A DNA stretch of 64,000 nt, taken from positions 81,583 to 145,582 of the forward strand of contig DXJF01000011.1 of assembly GCA_019057375.1 (NCBI GenBank), given 5' to 3'. Under the pieces are notes generated by a model. It was not told the origin of the DNA, ran no database searches, and saw nothing but the letters and a program-made list of their open reading frames with translations. Numbering within the stretch: position 1 is the stretch's first letter; the number at the start of each line of letters is the position of its first letter. The position numbers were made by a program, and so were the translations under genes. Positions 50,374 through 61,303 of the stretch are shown one piece after another. This DNA is from Candidatus Heimdallarchaeota archaeon (GTDB taxonomy: Archaea > Asgardarchaeota > Heimdallarchaeia > Heimdallarchaeales > Heimdallarchaeaceae).

Positions 50374-51411
50374 ATGACTTTCAATTTAGATTGTTCCATT
50401 GGAGAAGGTGGAGGTTCCATAGTACGAATATCTTCAGCTTTAGCAGCTGCTACAGATACTGATTTGAATCTTTTCAACATTCGTTCTAATAGATCAAATC
50501 CTGGTTTAAGAGCTCAACACATAGAAGCAATTAATGCAATTAAACAATTTTCTGGATTTATTTCGGTTGATTCAAATGTTGGAGACAAAGAATTAGTTTT
50601 AACAAAGAAAAATGCAAAGTCAGATAAAGCATTTGTAAAAGTTGGAACAGCTGGAAGCATTAGTTTAGTAGCACAAGCAGTCTTATTCTATGCCTTTTCT
50701 CAAAAACGAGATTTGGAATTAACTATAAATGGTGGTGCCACTCATGGTAAATGGGCCCCTTCAGTGGAATATATTGAACACATAACTCATGAATTAATAG
50801 GATTAATGGATAAGAAAATAAAAACAAATACAATGCACTATGGCTTTTATCCTAGGGGAGGTGCAAAATGCGCTTTTCAGTTTAAAAGTCACGATATGCT
50901 CTCCCCACTAAACTTAATAGAAAAAGGGGAATTACTAGAAGTAGAAATTTTTTCGACAGCTTCACAATCATTGAAGGGAAGGCATGTTGCTGAAAGACAA
51001 GCAGATGCTTTCATAAAAAAAATAAAACTAAATGTTGATGTAAATAGAAATATCAACTATGTTAAATCTCTAAATCCTGGTTCAGGATTGACAGTTGTTG
51101 GAACTTATTCTTCAGGTAGTAGAATTGGGTGTTTTATTCCAGGTGAAAGAAGAATAACTGCTGAACAAGTTGCAGGATTGTGTGCAAAGATTTGGGAAAG
51201 AAATTCTCATGGTTCTGCAGCTGTAGATGAATATGCTGCTGATCAGTTGATTGTACCACTGTTTTTAACTGAAGGAAAATCAGAAATATCTGTACCTACC
51301 ATCTCAAACCACACTAAAACCAACATAGACTTGACTCAGAAGTTTATAAAAAGAAAAACTAACATTGTAAGAAAATCAGATTGTTTTCATATAACTGTTG
51401 AAGATTTGTAG
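50374..51411 (+). CDS. rtcA: RNA 3'-terminal phosphate cyclase
   Basis: GEGGGSIVR, RSNPGLRAQH, GFYPRGG, DEYAADQL. Confidence 0.93.
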   Translation: MTFNLDCSIGEGGGSIVRISSALAAATDTDLNLFNIRSNRSNPGLRAQHIEAINAIKQFSGFISVDSNVGDKELVLTKKNAKSDKAFVKVGTAGSISLVAQAVLFYAFSQKRDLELTINGGATHGKWAPSVEYIEHITHELIGLMDKKIKTNTMHYGFYPRGGAKCAFQFKSHDMLSPLNLIEKGELLEVEIFSTASQSLKGRHVAERQADAFIKKIKLNVDVNRNINYVKSLNPGSGLTVVGTYSSGSRIGCFIPGERRITAEQVAGLCAKIWERNSHGSAAVDEYAADQLIVPLFLTEGKSEISVPTISNHTKTNIDLTQKFIKRKTNIVRKSDCFHITVEDL

Positions 51412-51562
51412 TTTCTACTGAAATGACTATTTCATGCAATTTCTTTCTTAACGACATATTTATATGATGCTAATAAAGTCGGAGTACGACGTCAAAACGC
51501 AGTTCATGGGTTCTGCAAGAATAAGCAATAAGACGTTAACAAATTAAAATTAGCAACATAAA

Positions 51563-52573
51563 GTGATAAATATGGGGCATCGAAGGGTAAGTGCTCCCCA
51601 TCGATCATCACTAGGATATCGAAGGGTAAGAGCAAGAAGAATTATCCCTGCACCTCGCGCATGGCAAGAATACGAGGGTGCTCCCAAACTATTGGGATTT
51701 CTCGGAATCAAAGCAGGGATGACGCATTGCGTATATATTGAAGATCGACCAAGGAGTCACTTGGCGAATAGAGAAGTAATTGCAGCTATAACATGCATCG
51801 AGACACCTCCTATCGTAATTTTTGGATTACGAGGTTACGAAAAATCAGCGTATGGTCTTCAGATTGCTGCTGATCTTTTAGCAACTGAAACCAAGGAAGA
51901 GCTAAAACGTAGACTTAAAACTCCAAAAGAATATGATTTTGAAAAGGCTAAGAAGAAGCTGGAAGATAAACTAGAAAAAATTGTTGAATTAAGGGCAATT
52001 GTTCATACACAACCTTATTTGACTGGAATAGGAATGAAAACACCTCAAATAGCTGAAATCAAAATTGGATGTAGTGATATAAAGGAAGGTTATGAATACG
52101 GTCTTTCTCTTCTTGGAAAAGAATTGCTAATCAGGGATGTATTTAAGGCAGGAGAATTTGTTGATTCAATTGGTGTAACTAAAGGTAAGGGTTTCCAAGG
52201 TCCAGTAAAGAGACATGGAGTTAAGATACTTCAACACAAGTCCAAAGGTACCAAACGTGGTGTTGGATCAATAGGACCATGGACACCAGCCAGAACAATG
52301 TGGACTATTCCAAGATATGGGCAAATGGGGTTCCATGTGAGGACTGAATACAACAAACGAATAATGCAGATAGGATCTGATGGATTACAAATAGTACCCA
52401 AAGGTGGATTTGTTAAATATGGTGTGGTAAAAAACAACTATGTTTTAGTGAAAGGATCAATACCAGGACCTAAAAAGCGAACAGTAATGCTTAGAGGACC
52501 AATGAGAAAAGCTCCACAACCAATTAAAGAACCACAAATTCTGCATATCTCAACAAGGAGTCAACAAGGTTAA
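51563..52573 (+). CDS. rpl3: Ribosomal protein uL3
   Basis: KAGMTH, TKGKGFQGPVKRHG, GQMGFHVRTEYNK. Confidence 0.98.
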   Translation: MINMGHRRVSAPHRSSLGYRRVRARRIIPAPRAWQEYEGAPKLLGFLGIKAGMTHCVYIEDRPRSHLANREVIAAITCIETPPIVIFGLRGYEKSAYGLQIAADLLATETKEELKRRLKTPKEYDFEKAKKKLEDKLEKIVELRAIVHTQPYLTGIGMKTPQIAEIKIGCSDIKEGYEYGLSLLGKELLIRDVFKAGEFVDSIGVTKGKGFQGPVKRHGVKILQHKSKGTKRGVGSIGPWTPARTMWTIPRYGQMGFHVRTEYNKRIMQIGSDGLQIVPKGGFVKYGVVKNNYVLVKGSIPGPKKRTVMLRGPMRKAPQPIKEPQILHISTRSQQG

Positions 52574-52589
52574 GTGTGAGGCGATAAAA

Positions 52590-53375
52590 ATGAATGTATC
52601 AAAATATTCAATCAAAGGACAGAAAATGAGTGAAAAAGTAGAACTCCCTGAAGTTTTTACCACAACATTTCGTCCAGATGTTATCAAACGTGCTGTTTTA
52701 GCCGAGCAAAGTTGGAAGAAACAACCTAAAGGTGTTAGTCCTCTAGCTGGGCGTATGGTCGCTGTTGAAAATTGGGGACCCGGAAGAGGGGCAGCTCGTG
52801 TACCACGTATTAAAGGTTCTAGAACACATAGTGCTCAAAGAACAGCTTTTATTCCCCAAGCCAGAGGAGGCCACAAAGCACATCCTCCAACAGCGAAGAA
52901 AAAGATTATAGAGAAAGTAAATAGAAAAGAACATCTACTTGCTCTTAAATCAGCTATAGCTTATACAGCATCAAAAACCGCAGTGGGTGAAAGAGGGCAC
53001 AGATTTGAAGATAAAATGGAATTTCCAATCATTGTAGAATCGAAAGCAGAGGTTATAGAAAAAACACAAGATGTTGTTAGATTTTTGGGAAATCTGGGTT
53101 TGTCTTTAGAACTCATGAGAATTAAAATAGGTAAGAAAGTTCGCCCCGGTAAAGGTAAAGGAAGAGGAAGGAAATACAAAGTTCCTGTCGGTCCTTTAAT
53201 TGTTGTTGGTGATAGAGAATGTCCATTGTCTAAAGCAGGCAGAAATATTCTAGGAACCACAGTTATATCAGTAAGGGAATTATCTACAGAGATGTTAGCA
53301 CCAGGAACTTATCCTGGAAGACTTACTATTTGGACTGAGGATGCAATTAAATCTCTAGGAGAACGTTTTGGGTGA
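52590..53375 (+). CDS. rpl4: Ribosomal protein uL4
   Basis: WGPGRGAARVPR, RGGHKAHPP, LAPGTYPGRLTIW. Confidence 0.97.
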   Translation: MNVSKYSIKGQKMSEKVELPEVFTTTFRPDVIKRAVLAEQSWKKQPKGVSPLAGRMVAVENWGPGRGAARVPRIKGSRTHSAQRTAFIPQARGGHKAHPPTAKKKIIEKVNRKEHLLALKSAIAYTASKTAVGERGHRFEDKMEFPIIVESKAEVIEKTQDVVRFLGNLGLSLELMRIKIGKKVRPGKGKGRGRKYKVPVGPLIVVGDRECPLSKAGRNILGTTVISVRELSTEMLAPGTYPGRLTIWTEDAIKSLGERFG

Positions 53376-53381
53376 TGTAAA

Positions 53382-53642
53382 ATGGATCCGTACAAAATTA
53401 TAAAGAAACCACTTATCTCAGAAAAGGACTTTGAACTAATAGAAAAAGAAAATAAATTGGTTCTATGGGTTGATCTCAGAGCTACAAAAAAGCAAATTAA
53501 AGAAGCAATTGAAATACTATACAACGTTAAGGTAGAAAAGGTTAATACATTAATAACTCCCAAAGGAACAAAAAAAGCATACGTAAGGCTAAGTGAATTT
53601 GATGATGCTACTGATATTGCATCACGAATGGGATTATTCTAA
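53382..53642 (+). CDS. rpl23: Ribosomal protein uL23
   Basis: [21 protein letters not shown]. Confidence 0.97.
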   Translation: MDPYKIIKKPLISEKDFELIEKENKLVLWVDLRATKKQIKEAIEILYNVKVEKVNTLITPKGTKKAYVRLSEFDDATDIASRMGLF

Positions 53643-53654
53643 AAGGTGATTTGA

Positions 53655-54389
53655 ATGGGTAAGAAAATACTAGTTCAGAGACGTGGAAGAGGGACATCAC
53701 AGTTCAGAGCAGCTTCTCATAAGAAAAAAGGTAGTGTAAAATACAGAAAAGTTGCAAAAATCGAATATTCAGGAAAAATTACTGGATTTGTTAAAGATAT
53801 TGTTCATGATCCCGGTAGAGGGGCTCCTGTTGCTAAAGTACTTTTTGAGGATGGACTCAAGAAGATTATACTGCCTTCTGAAGGTATTCGAGTAGGACAA
53901 AAAATCGAATATGGAACAGGTGCAGCAGTTCAACTAGGTAACACAATGCCTTTACAAGCTATTCCTGATGGGTCTCCAGTTTTCAATATTGAATTAACAC
54001 CAGGAGATGGTGGGCGTTTAATAAGAGCCAGCGGTGGATATGCAACTATTTTAGGACACGATAAAGGTAAAGTTACAGTACAGCTTCCAAGTGGAGAAAT
54101 GAAAGAAATTCCTCAAAGATGCAGAGCTACAGTTGGAATTGTTGCTGGAGGGGGAAGAACAGAGAAACCTTTTGTTAAAGCTGGAAATATGCATCATCAT
54201 AAAAAAGCTAAAGGTCATTACTATCCTAAAGTAAGAGGTGTAGCAATGAACGCAGTTTCACATCCACATGGTGGTGGTGCTCATCAAAGTCCCCCACGTT
54301 CAACAACCGTTTCAAGACATGCACAACCTGGAAGGAAAGTAGGTTTGATAGCAGCAAAAAGAAGCGGTAGAAGAAGAGGCAAGAAATAA
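53655..54389 (+). CDS. rpl2: Ribosomal protein uL2
   Basis: HDPGRGAP, VRGVAMNAVSHPHGGG. Confidence 0.98.
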   Translation: MGKKILVQRRGRGTSQFRAASHKKKGSVKYRKVAKIEYSGKITGFVKDIVHDPGRGAPVAKVLFEDGLKKIILPSEGIRVGQKIEYGTGAAVQLGNTMPLQAIPDGSPVFNIELTPGDGGRLIRASGGYATILGHDKGKVTVQLPSGEMKEIPQRCRATVGIVAGGGRTEKPFVKAGNMHHHKKAKGHYYPKVRGVAMNAVSHPHGGGAHQSPPRSTTVSRHAQPGRKVGLIAAKRSGRRRGKK

Positions 54390-54580
54390 CCTCTCATTTT
54401 TTTTATTTTTTATTTTCATCATATGTTTAATTTTGTATATTATTTAGTATAAAATACGATTCTAGATATCAGACAAACAATATCAAAGGAAGACAAATCT
54501 ATTTAAGCACACCAAACTTGCTGTACAAAAATAGTCATTATAAAGTCTATACCAATTAAATAATTAGGAGATAACTAAAC

Positions 54581-55324
54581 ATGGATGATAAGAAAGATTA
54601 TGGGCAAGTTGAATTCATTTTCAAAGATCCTCAGAATTTTGAAGGTTGCACATTATTAAATGGTTGGCATGGAATAGGGGAGTGCGGCTTTATTTCAATG
54701 AGCCATCTTGTTGACAACCTCAAAGCTGAAAGAATCGGTTTCATAATTACAGACAATATTCCACAATTTATAACAATAAAAAATGAGAAAATTACTTTTC
54801 CATTTGAGATATATAGAAAAGATGACCTTGTAGTAGTTCTACCAATATTCGAACCAATAAAATCTGAACATTTAGCTTTTACAAAGACCTTAGTAGAATG
54901 GTCTATAAATGAAAAATTCAAACAATCAATTCTTATTGGTGGATTAGATAGAAGATTGAAAGATGATAATGAAATAAAAGCGATATATACTCAAGCATTT
55001 AAGGAAAAAAGACCCGAGGTAGAAATTCCAATTTTAGACGAAGGATTATATGTTACAGGACCTTTGGCATATATGTTAATGTTTTATGAACTTAATGATT
55101 TTCCAACAGTTGCTCTTCTACCATACGCTGAACGTTCAAGACCTGATCCAATAGCAGCAAGTGTTGCTGTAAGTGCAATAAATGATGTATTAAACATTGA
55201 AATAAACGTTCAAGAGCTTCTCGAAGAAGCTGAAAGAATCGAAAAGGAAATTGAATCCTTATTGCAAGCAAGCAAAACTAGGAAAGAAACAGATGTGGAT
55301 TCAGATAAAGGAATGTTTGTCTAA
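54581..55324 (+). CDS. PAC2-family proteasome assembly chaperone
   Basis: GWHGIGECG, VTGPLA, PDPIAAS, ELLEEAERIE. Confidence 0.88.
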   Translation: MDDKKDYGQVEFIFKDPQNFEGCTLLNGWHGIGECGFISMSHLVDNLKAERIGFIITDNIPQFITIKNEKITFPFEIYRKDDLVVVLPIFEPIKSEHLAFTKTLVEWSINEKFKQSILIGGLDRRLKDDNEIKAIYTQAFKEKRPEVEIPILDEGLYVTGPLAYMLMFYELNDFPTVALLPYAERSRPDPIAASVAVSAINDVLNIEINVQELLEEAERIEKEIESLLQASKTRKETDVDSDKGMFV

Positions 55325-55405
55325 CAGTCTAGAAGAACCAGCGATTCAGTAATATAGTTAAGTTACTGATTCATTTACGTTTACTTTTATTTGATATAAA
55401 TAGTC

Positions 55406-56542
55406 TCAAAATTCATAATTAATTTCTTCTTCTACGGGTTGTAAAAATTCTTTTGACACCGTTAGTTTCAATATTTCCTTGAATTTCTCTGTTTGTAATA
55501 TTGAGTTTTTAACAATGGCTTCTATTTCTTCAATTAATCCTTGTAGGGAATTTACATCCTTAATAGTTATCTGAAATTGTGTTTTTAGGGTTTTTTTACC
55601 CTCAATTATTTCTTCTTCAGATAGTAGATCTGTTTTGTTCAACACTCGTATAATCAAAACATTAGGAAATTCTTTCTCAATATCTTCAAAAAGATTGAAT
55701 TGTTCCTCAAGTGAGATAGTAGCATCTTTAGAGATGTCAAACATGAAAAGGATAATGTCTGAGATATGTCTAATTGATATTATACTCTGTCGTTCAATCA
55801 GATTTCTATCTCTAAATGGCCTATCTAGAAGACCTGGTGTATCCACTACCTGTATGTTGGTTATTCCTATATCTCTATGGCCAAATACAATTTTCTTTGT
55901 TGTAAAAGGATATTCTCCAACTTCAGGATTTCCGGTAGATATTTCTCTAACTAAAGAAGATTTTCCTACATTGGGAGCTCCAGCGATAACAACAGTTGGA
56001 TAGTTAACATTGAAATCAGGAACCGTTTTGAGTTTTTTAATAACCCTAATTAGATAATTGACATCACCTTTGGCTTTCTTTAATAGAGAAGCCATTCGTC
56101 CATTTGATTGATTTCTAATTTCTGCCATTTCATCAGGATGATTTGTTTCTTTTAGTCTGGCAATATGATCTCTCTCTAATTCTTTTATCTGTTTTTCAAT
56201 ACCACCCAAACGACCCAAAATCCTCCTTATTTTATCGATATTACCCATCAAATCGCAAATTTCACTATAGAATGGGTGGAGATTTTCAATCCATGGAAAC
56301 TGATTAATAATTCGTTCCAATTTCTCTGTTAAAACCAGCGTAAGAGTAGAAATCCTTTCTCTTTCTAAGTTTGATATTTTTTCCTCTCTTGAAATTCGTC
56401 GTTTTGATGTTTTGATTCTAAGGTTTGTGGTTTGTTTAAAAGCAACAGACAGAATCACATCTACAGGAGGTATATAACTAACTCTTCTGAATGGGTTACC
56501 TTTATACCTTTGCTTTGACAAACAAACCACTCTCTTACTCAA
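55406..56542 (-). CDS. NOG1 family GTPase
   Basis: LHPFY, GAPNVGKSS, YPFTTK, VDTPGLLDRP. Confidence 0.93.
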   Translation of the reverse strand: MSKRVVCLSKQRYKGNPFRRVSYIPPVDVILSVAFKQTTNLRIKTSKRRISREEKISNLERERISTLTLVLTEKLERIINQFPWIENLHPFYSEICDLMGNIDKIRRILGRLGGIEKQIKELERDHIARLKETNHPDEMAEIRNQSNGRMASLLKKAKGDVNYLIRVIKKLKTVPDFNVNYPTVVIAGAPNVGKSSLVREISTGNPEVGEYPFTTKKIVFGHRDIGITNIQVVDTPGLLDRPFRDRNLIERQSIISIRHISDIILFMFDISKDATISLEEQFNLFEDIEKEFPNVLIIRVLNKTDLLSEEEIIEGKKTLKTQFQITIKDVNSLQGLIEEIEAIVKNSILQTEKFKEILKLTVSKEFLQPVEEEINYEF

Positions 56543-57644
56543 TTACTGATAAATCAATTTCATGCTCGAAATATCTGTCTAGATTCTTTACTACTTCATC
56601 TTTTCTTCTGTTATACTTTTCTTGATATTTAAGAACCATTTCAATCAGATTTGGTTTGCAATCCTGTCCACAGATTAGATCTCCGCCTCTGCAGCCTGCT
56701 TCAATCTTATCCAGTTCATCATCATCTTCAACGAAGTATTTTGAGAACCAATCAAAAACTGTGCATATTTCAGGATTGGCACCTAGTTTTCTTTGTTCCT
56801 TAATTGTTGTTCTTCCTCCTGTAAGGGCATTCATGATTTTCTTTTTAACCGTTTTTGGTTCATCTCTTAGGAAAACGCAAGTTTCCTCAACGGATGAAGA
56901 CATAGGTCCTCCAGTTAATCCTTTGAGATATTTTATGTATAAAGACGCTGGAAGTGTGATTTTTCTCTTTCTTGCAACATCTCTTGTCAATCTTATAAAT
57001 ACATCCTGATCCAATCCAATAGGAACAACTACAGGTAAATCATAATCTGTAGTTGGATGAAGAATATGTGCTGCTTGAATATTTGTATAATTAATGACAC
57101 CTGTATTTTCCTCTCCACTTAACCCAAGCGCTGCTCTAACTGCATTAAATGTTTGATTTATAGAAAACGTTAGTGCTAGATAATGTATTCTTGGTGTCAT
57201 GCTCGAAATATATGCGCTCACATTCTCAGGTTTAAAGCCTATAGCAAAGATGTCAATTGCATTTTGAATAGCCAGTTTGTAGGTTTCTTCTAATGAATTT
57301 ACTTTACGAAAAACATATTTTTCATCGTCTGAAAAGGGTAAGAAGTATTTACATTCATATTTATCTTGCAAATGTCTAATTAAGTCGTATAAGATAAGAT
57401 GACCGAAATGTAAATCATTTGAGGGACCCCTTCCACTGATTATTGCAAAAGATTTCTTCTGTTCCACCCTATCTAGGATTTTACCGAAATCTCTATGTGC
57501 AAATACTATTCCTCTTCTAAAAAAGAGATTATCTGTGCCTATTCTTTGAAGTATCTTGTCAATCTTAGAAATGCCAAATTCAGAAAGAATTTTCTCATAA
57601 TCCTCTCTTTTTTCCATAACATGGGATTCTATGTTCTGATTCAT
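56535..57644 (-). CDS. trpS: Tryptophanyl-tRNA synthetase
   Basis: GRGPS..LHFGH, VPIGLDQD, MSSS; start placed at ATG 57644 (SD GAGGTG). Confidence 0.95.
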   Translation of the reverse strand: MNQNIESHVMEKREDYEKILSEFGISKIDKILQRIGTDNLFFRRGIVFAHRDFGKILDRVEQKKSFAIISGRGPSNDLHFGHLILYDLIRHLQDKYECKYFLPFSDDEKYVFRKVNSLEETYKLAIQNAIDIFAIGFKPENVSAYISSMTPRIHYLALTFSINQTFNAVRAALGLSGEENTGVINYTNIQAAHILHPTTDYDLPVVVPIGLDQDVFIRLTRDVARKRKITLPASLYIKYLKGLTGGPMSSSVEETCVFLRDEPKTVKKKIMNALTGGRTTIKEQRKLGANPEICTVFDWFSKYFVEDDDELDKIEAGCRGGDLICGQDCKPNLIEMVLKYQEKYNRRKDEVVKNLDRYFEHEIDLSVIE

Positions 57645-57823
57645 TTCTACACCTCTTAAATAAAAAGCAATAATTAAAAGCTTGATTATATGGAAGTGGA
57701 CCATAATCTACTACACAGTTTTGTGAGTAAAAACCAGTATAAGCTATTTCCAGTCCAAGTTACCACACTCAATATTTTTTTGGAAAAATCCTTTATAAGA
57801 CTATCGTCTAATTAGATACAACA

Positions 57824-59236
57824 ATGATAAGCTGGCATGACGCGTATTCTAAGACTTTGGAACAAGTATCTAAGAATTTTTTTAAAAAAAGGAATGCAAT
57901 AATAGGTTTCAATGTCAATATTGACAAAATAATTGAAATTACACCAAAGACAATAAGTTTGGCATTACCTGGAGGAATTGATCTTAAATCAATAGATAAA
58001 ATGAAATTTCCTTCTAGTATTAATACAATTGAGGATTTCTTGTTTTATTTCTTGGATTCTATGAAGAGCGGAAAGGCTGCTGAAATAGTAATTTCTTCAA
58101 TAGAAATTGCAAACTGGATTGAGAATAATTTCGAAATTAACAATATTCAAATTGGTGGTCAAGCTGGAATAATCGCTAATTTATTCAAGAATATTAATGT
58201 TGGAAATGTTTTACTAAGTCTACCTACATATGACTCTAAGCTAGTTAATTTATTGGAACCAACACTTCTAACTGTTGTTGAAGAAGCAAATTCATACTCG
58301 ATTTGTGAAATTAAAGAATTAGAATTTACAGAGAATGAACCTATTTCTCATTATATCTTTGAATTTAAAGCTGGAAACTATGAGATTAATTCAATAAAAT
58401 TTGTCGCCCCAAGAGATAATCGATTTATTGTTTCCTATGATAAAGTCAATAGCATGGTTAAGTTTAGTAAGGGTTTTTATGAATTTAGTCCAAATTTTAT
58501 CAGTGAATATTCTTTAGCTATAATCTCAGGTTTTCACCTTGTTAATGAACAATTGAATAGCTATGAGGGTATAATAAATCCCATAATAAAAATGATTGAA
58601 CGGTGGAAGAAAGTTAATCCTGATTTATATATACATCTAGAGATTGCTTCAACTAATAATGTTAAATTAAGAAATTTTGTCAAAAAAAACCTGTTCCCAT
58701 TAGTAAATTCAATTGGTGTAAATGAACAAGAACTTATCTTCTTCTCTTCCACAAGAAAAGAGCAAGAAGTAAAAAGACTTGATCAACAAAATACTTCTAC
58801 AACATTATTTCAATTTTTGCATGGATTATTTTCTGAGTATTCTCATTTAAGAATACATCTTCATTATCTTGGATATTTTCTTGTAATATCTCCAGTAATA
58901 AGCAATAAAGAAGCTGACATGGCTAAAAAGGCTCTTATTTTGTCATCATATTTTGCTGCACTAAAAGCTAAGAAAGGCTCTATAGGCTCTTTCCATGAGA
59001 TACATGATGTTGAATTAAATTTATCTTCCAAAGGTTATGAGGAGCTAAAAAATCTCCAATTGTACTTAGAGTCACAGTTTAATGTAAAAGGAAATTTATT
59101 TAAAACAGGTATACTGGAAACACCTTCTTTTTCTTTAATTGGGATACCTTCAATATTGGTAAAAAATTCTCGGAAATTAGTTGGTCTTGGAGATACAATC
59201 TCGTCTATAGCGGTTCTTTTTAGCATAGACTATTAG
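57824..59236 (+). CDS. ADP-dependent glucokinase/phosphofructokinase
   Basis: GFNVNID, GGQAGIIAN, NRFI, GVNEQEL, VGLGDTISS. Confidence 0.93.
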   Translation: MISWHDAYSKTLEQVSKNFFKKRNAIIGFNVNIDKIIEITPKTISLALPGGIDLKSIDKMKFPSSINTIEDFLFYFLDSMKSGKAAEIVISSIEIANWIENNFEINNIQIGGQAGIIANLFKNINVGNVLLSLPTYDSKLVNLLEPTLLTVVEEANSYSICEIKELEFTENEPISHYIFEFKAGNYEINSIKFVAPRDNRFIVSYDKVNSMVKFSKGFYEFSPNFISEYSLAIISGFHLVNEQLNSYEGIINPIIKMIERWKKVNPDLYIHLEIASTNNVKLRNFVKKNLFPLVNSIGVNEQELIFFSSTRKEQEVKRLDQQNTSTTLFQFLHGLFSEYSHLRIHLHYLGYFLVISPVISNKEADMAKKALILSSYFAALKAKKGSIGSFHEIHDVELNLSSKGYEELKNLQLYLESQFNVKGNLFKTGILETPSFSLIGIPSILVKNSRKLVGLGDTISSIAVLFSIDY

Positions 59237-59321
59237 ATGAAGTTATCTAAAGGAATCCTATAATGTTTAAGAATTCTTGTGCTTAAATAACTTCTTGCTA
59301 CTAGAATATTGATTACACAGA

Positions 59322-60743
59322 TTGTTCAAGAGAGTGAGTAGATGTCTTATGAGTACTATCTTTTCTGCTAGTGAAGGTAATAAAATGAATTTGAATCGAG
59401 ATTATAAAGACAATATTATCTTATTTGAGTTGTCTAGCTTTGAAATGGGAGCAAAGATATCTAATCTAATTAATGAGCTGAACTCAGGGGAAATAATGTA
59501 TTCAATATGGATAACAAAAAAAAAGCGATATTTGATTATTTACAATTTTGATCAAGTATCAATCAATAAAGAAAAACTAGAAAAGCTGTTGAAACGTTTA
59601 ATATCAACTTACTCACTTAGAATTGAAGAAAATATAACTAATTTCTTCATCTCTGACTTTCAAAAAATCGAACAAGATGACAAAATTTTGACTTTTACTC
59701 ACAGTGATAAATCAAAGCAATATGTACTAGCATGTCAACTGGTTAGCTTAGACTTAGAAACAGATACAATAATTAAGAGATTTACACAGTTTACGAAGGA
59801 TTTAGTTGAAGCAGAAGCATTTTCAGTAAATATTTCACAATTTGTTTCGAGAGAAAAAAATCAAAGAAATGTTCCATTTCTAGGAATTCTTTTTATTGCA
59901 AGAAGCCACGATAGGAATTCAATTAAGGAAAAAAAGGCTATTCTTTTAAGATATCTTAAAGCAACCACTGTTAAATTAAATGGACAGCTTCTCTTTGTTT
60001 CAAAACGTGATATTGTAAAACATAAAACAAATTTCCAATTCTTTGTCCCATGGATTAAGCATAATGGTTTCATCAAAGATCTGCTAAATATTATCAGATT
60101 ATTACCCCCACTTAGAATAGAAGTACCTCATACGGAATCCAAAAATGAAACAATAGAACAAAGGACGGAAAGTGTGAAACAAATCCAGATTTCTGAACAA
60201 GAATCAAATAAAGTAGTTTCTCTTCCTTTCCCAAATTCTAAGAAACCATACCAGAGTATTCGTAGTAAGAATCTTGAAACACCAAGAATCATTAGCTCAG
60301 AACTGATACCAGCAAAAGATGTAGAGAAATATGGTCCAAGTAGAATCGATGATCTTTCAATACCTGTTCCAAGAACAATGAATTCAGTCTTTGATGCCGA
60401 ATATTTGAAAGTTAGAATCAGCAAAATTTTTAAGGAATTTGAGTTCAAAGAATCTTTGATATTTGAAGAAAACTTTGATTTGGTATTGCGAAAGGGTTCT
60501 TTTTATGTTTTTGTGAAGTTTTTCAAAGATATAATGACCCAAGACAATGCATACAAGTTAATTGAAAATTTGAGTTCTATTGCGGGTTTGAGGAACCAAT
60601 TTCTCTGTATAGCCGTGGCAGATGTAATAGATGATGTCTCAAAAAAACTGCTAAATGAATACAATATCCTTCACTTAACAGTTATTGATGTTCTAGTTAA
60701 AGATAAACTGAAAGCAAAAATTCATGGAACAATACTAGTATAA
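59322..60743 (+). CDS. Hypothetical protein with C-terminal restriction-endonuclease-like fold
   Basis: FKEFEF...FDLVLRKGSFYVFVKF...LCIAVA; catalytic residues appear incomplete. Confidence 0.5.
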   Translation: MFKRVSRCLMSTIFSASEGNKMNLNRDYKDNIILFELSSFEMGAKISNLINELNSGEIMYSIWITKKKRYLIIYNFDQVSINKEKLEKLLKRLISTYSLRIEENITNFFISDFQKIEQDDKILTFTHSDKSKQYVLACQLVSLDLETDTIIKRFTQFTKDLVEAEAFSVNISQFVSREKNQRNVPFLGILFIARSHDRNSIKEKKAILLRYLKATTVKLNGQLLFVSKRDIVKHKTNFQFFVPWIKHNGFIKDLLNIIRLLPPLRIEVPHTESKNETIEQRTESVKQIQISEQESNKVVSLPFPNSKKPYQSIRSKNLETPRIISSELIPAKDVEKYGPSRIDDLSIPVPRTMNSVFDAEYLKVRISKIFKEFEFKESLIFEENFDLVLRKGSFYVFVKFFKDIMTQDNAYKLIENLSSIAGLRNQFLCIAVADVIDDVSKKLLNEYNILHLTVIDVLVKDKLKAKIHGTILV

Positions 60744-60904
60744 TCCAAGATTTCATGATTTTAACTTCATAGAATCATAAGACAAAAAGGCTTGACATGA
60801 TATTAGAAAACAAACATAATTTTTTTTCATAGTTTGTTTGAAGAATTCGATAAAAAGCTTCAGTATTACAGAAGCTTTTCAGTAGTACGATAAAGGTTAT
60901 AATT

Positions 60905-61297
60905 ATGGGGGACCCTAACAAAAAGATTTCTTCATATATAGCAAGTTTTGTAGAAAGATTTTTTCCAAAACATGAAGAATCAATCCATAGTGGCTTATTT
61001 CTAATATCTAACGAAGATGAAACATTGAAAATAATAGATTGGTATTTCAACGGATATTCAGTTATTTCTGAAACAGTTTCATCTCATATACAAAATTTAT
61101 GTAAGAATAAAACTGTTAGATTTACTAATGATGGGGAGTATGCATTAGTAGAAGATCAGGATAAAATACCTAATACTGATCTAAATGAAGTAACAAAACA
61201 TCTAGAAAATGCTTTAGCGGAATATGATTCTGGAATACAAATTGTGAAAGATGCACAAAAGATGTTCTCCGCAAAAAATATTGGAAATGGTTATTGA
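60905..61297 (+). CDS. Hypothetical protein
   Basis: 130 aa ORF with normal composition. Confidence 0.55.
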   Translation: MGDPNKKISSYIASFVERFFPKHEESIHSGLFLISNEDETLKIIDWYFNGYSVISETVSSHIQNLCKNKTVRFTNDGEYALVEDQDKIPNTDLNEVTKHLENALAEYDSGIQIVKDAQKMFSAKNIGNGY

Positions 61298-61303
61298 AAT
61301 AAA

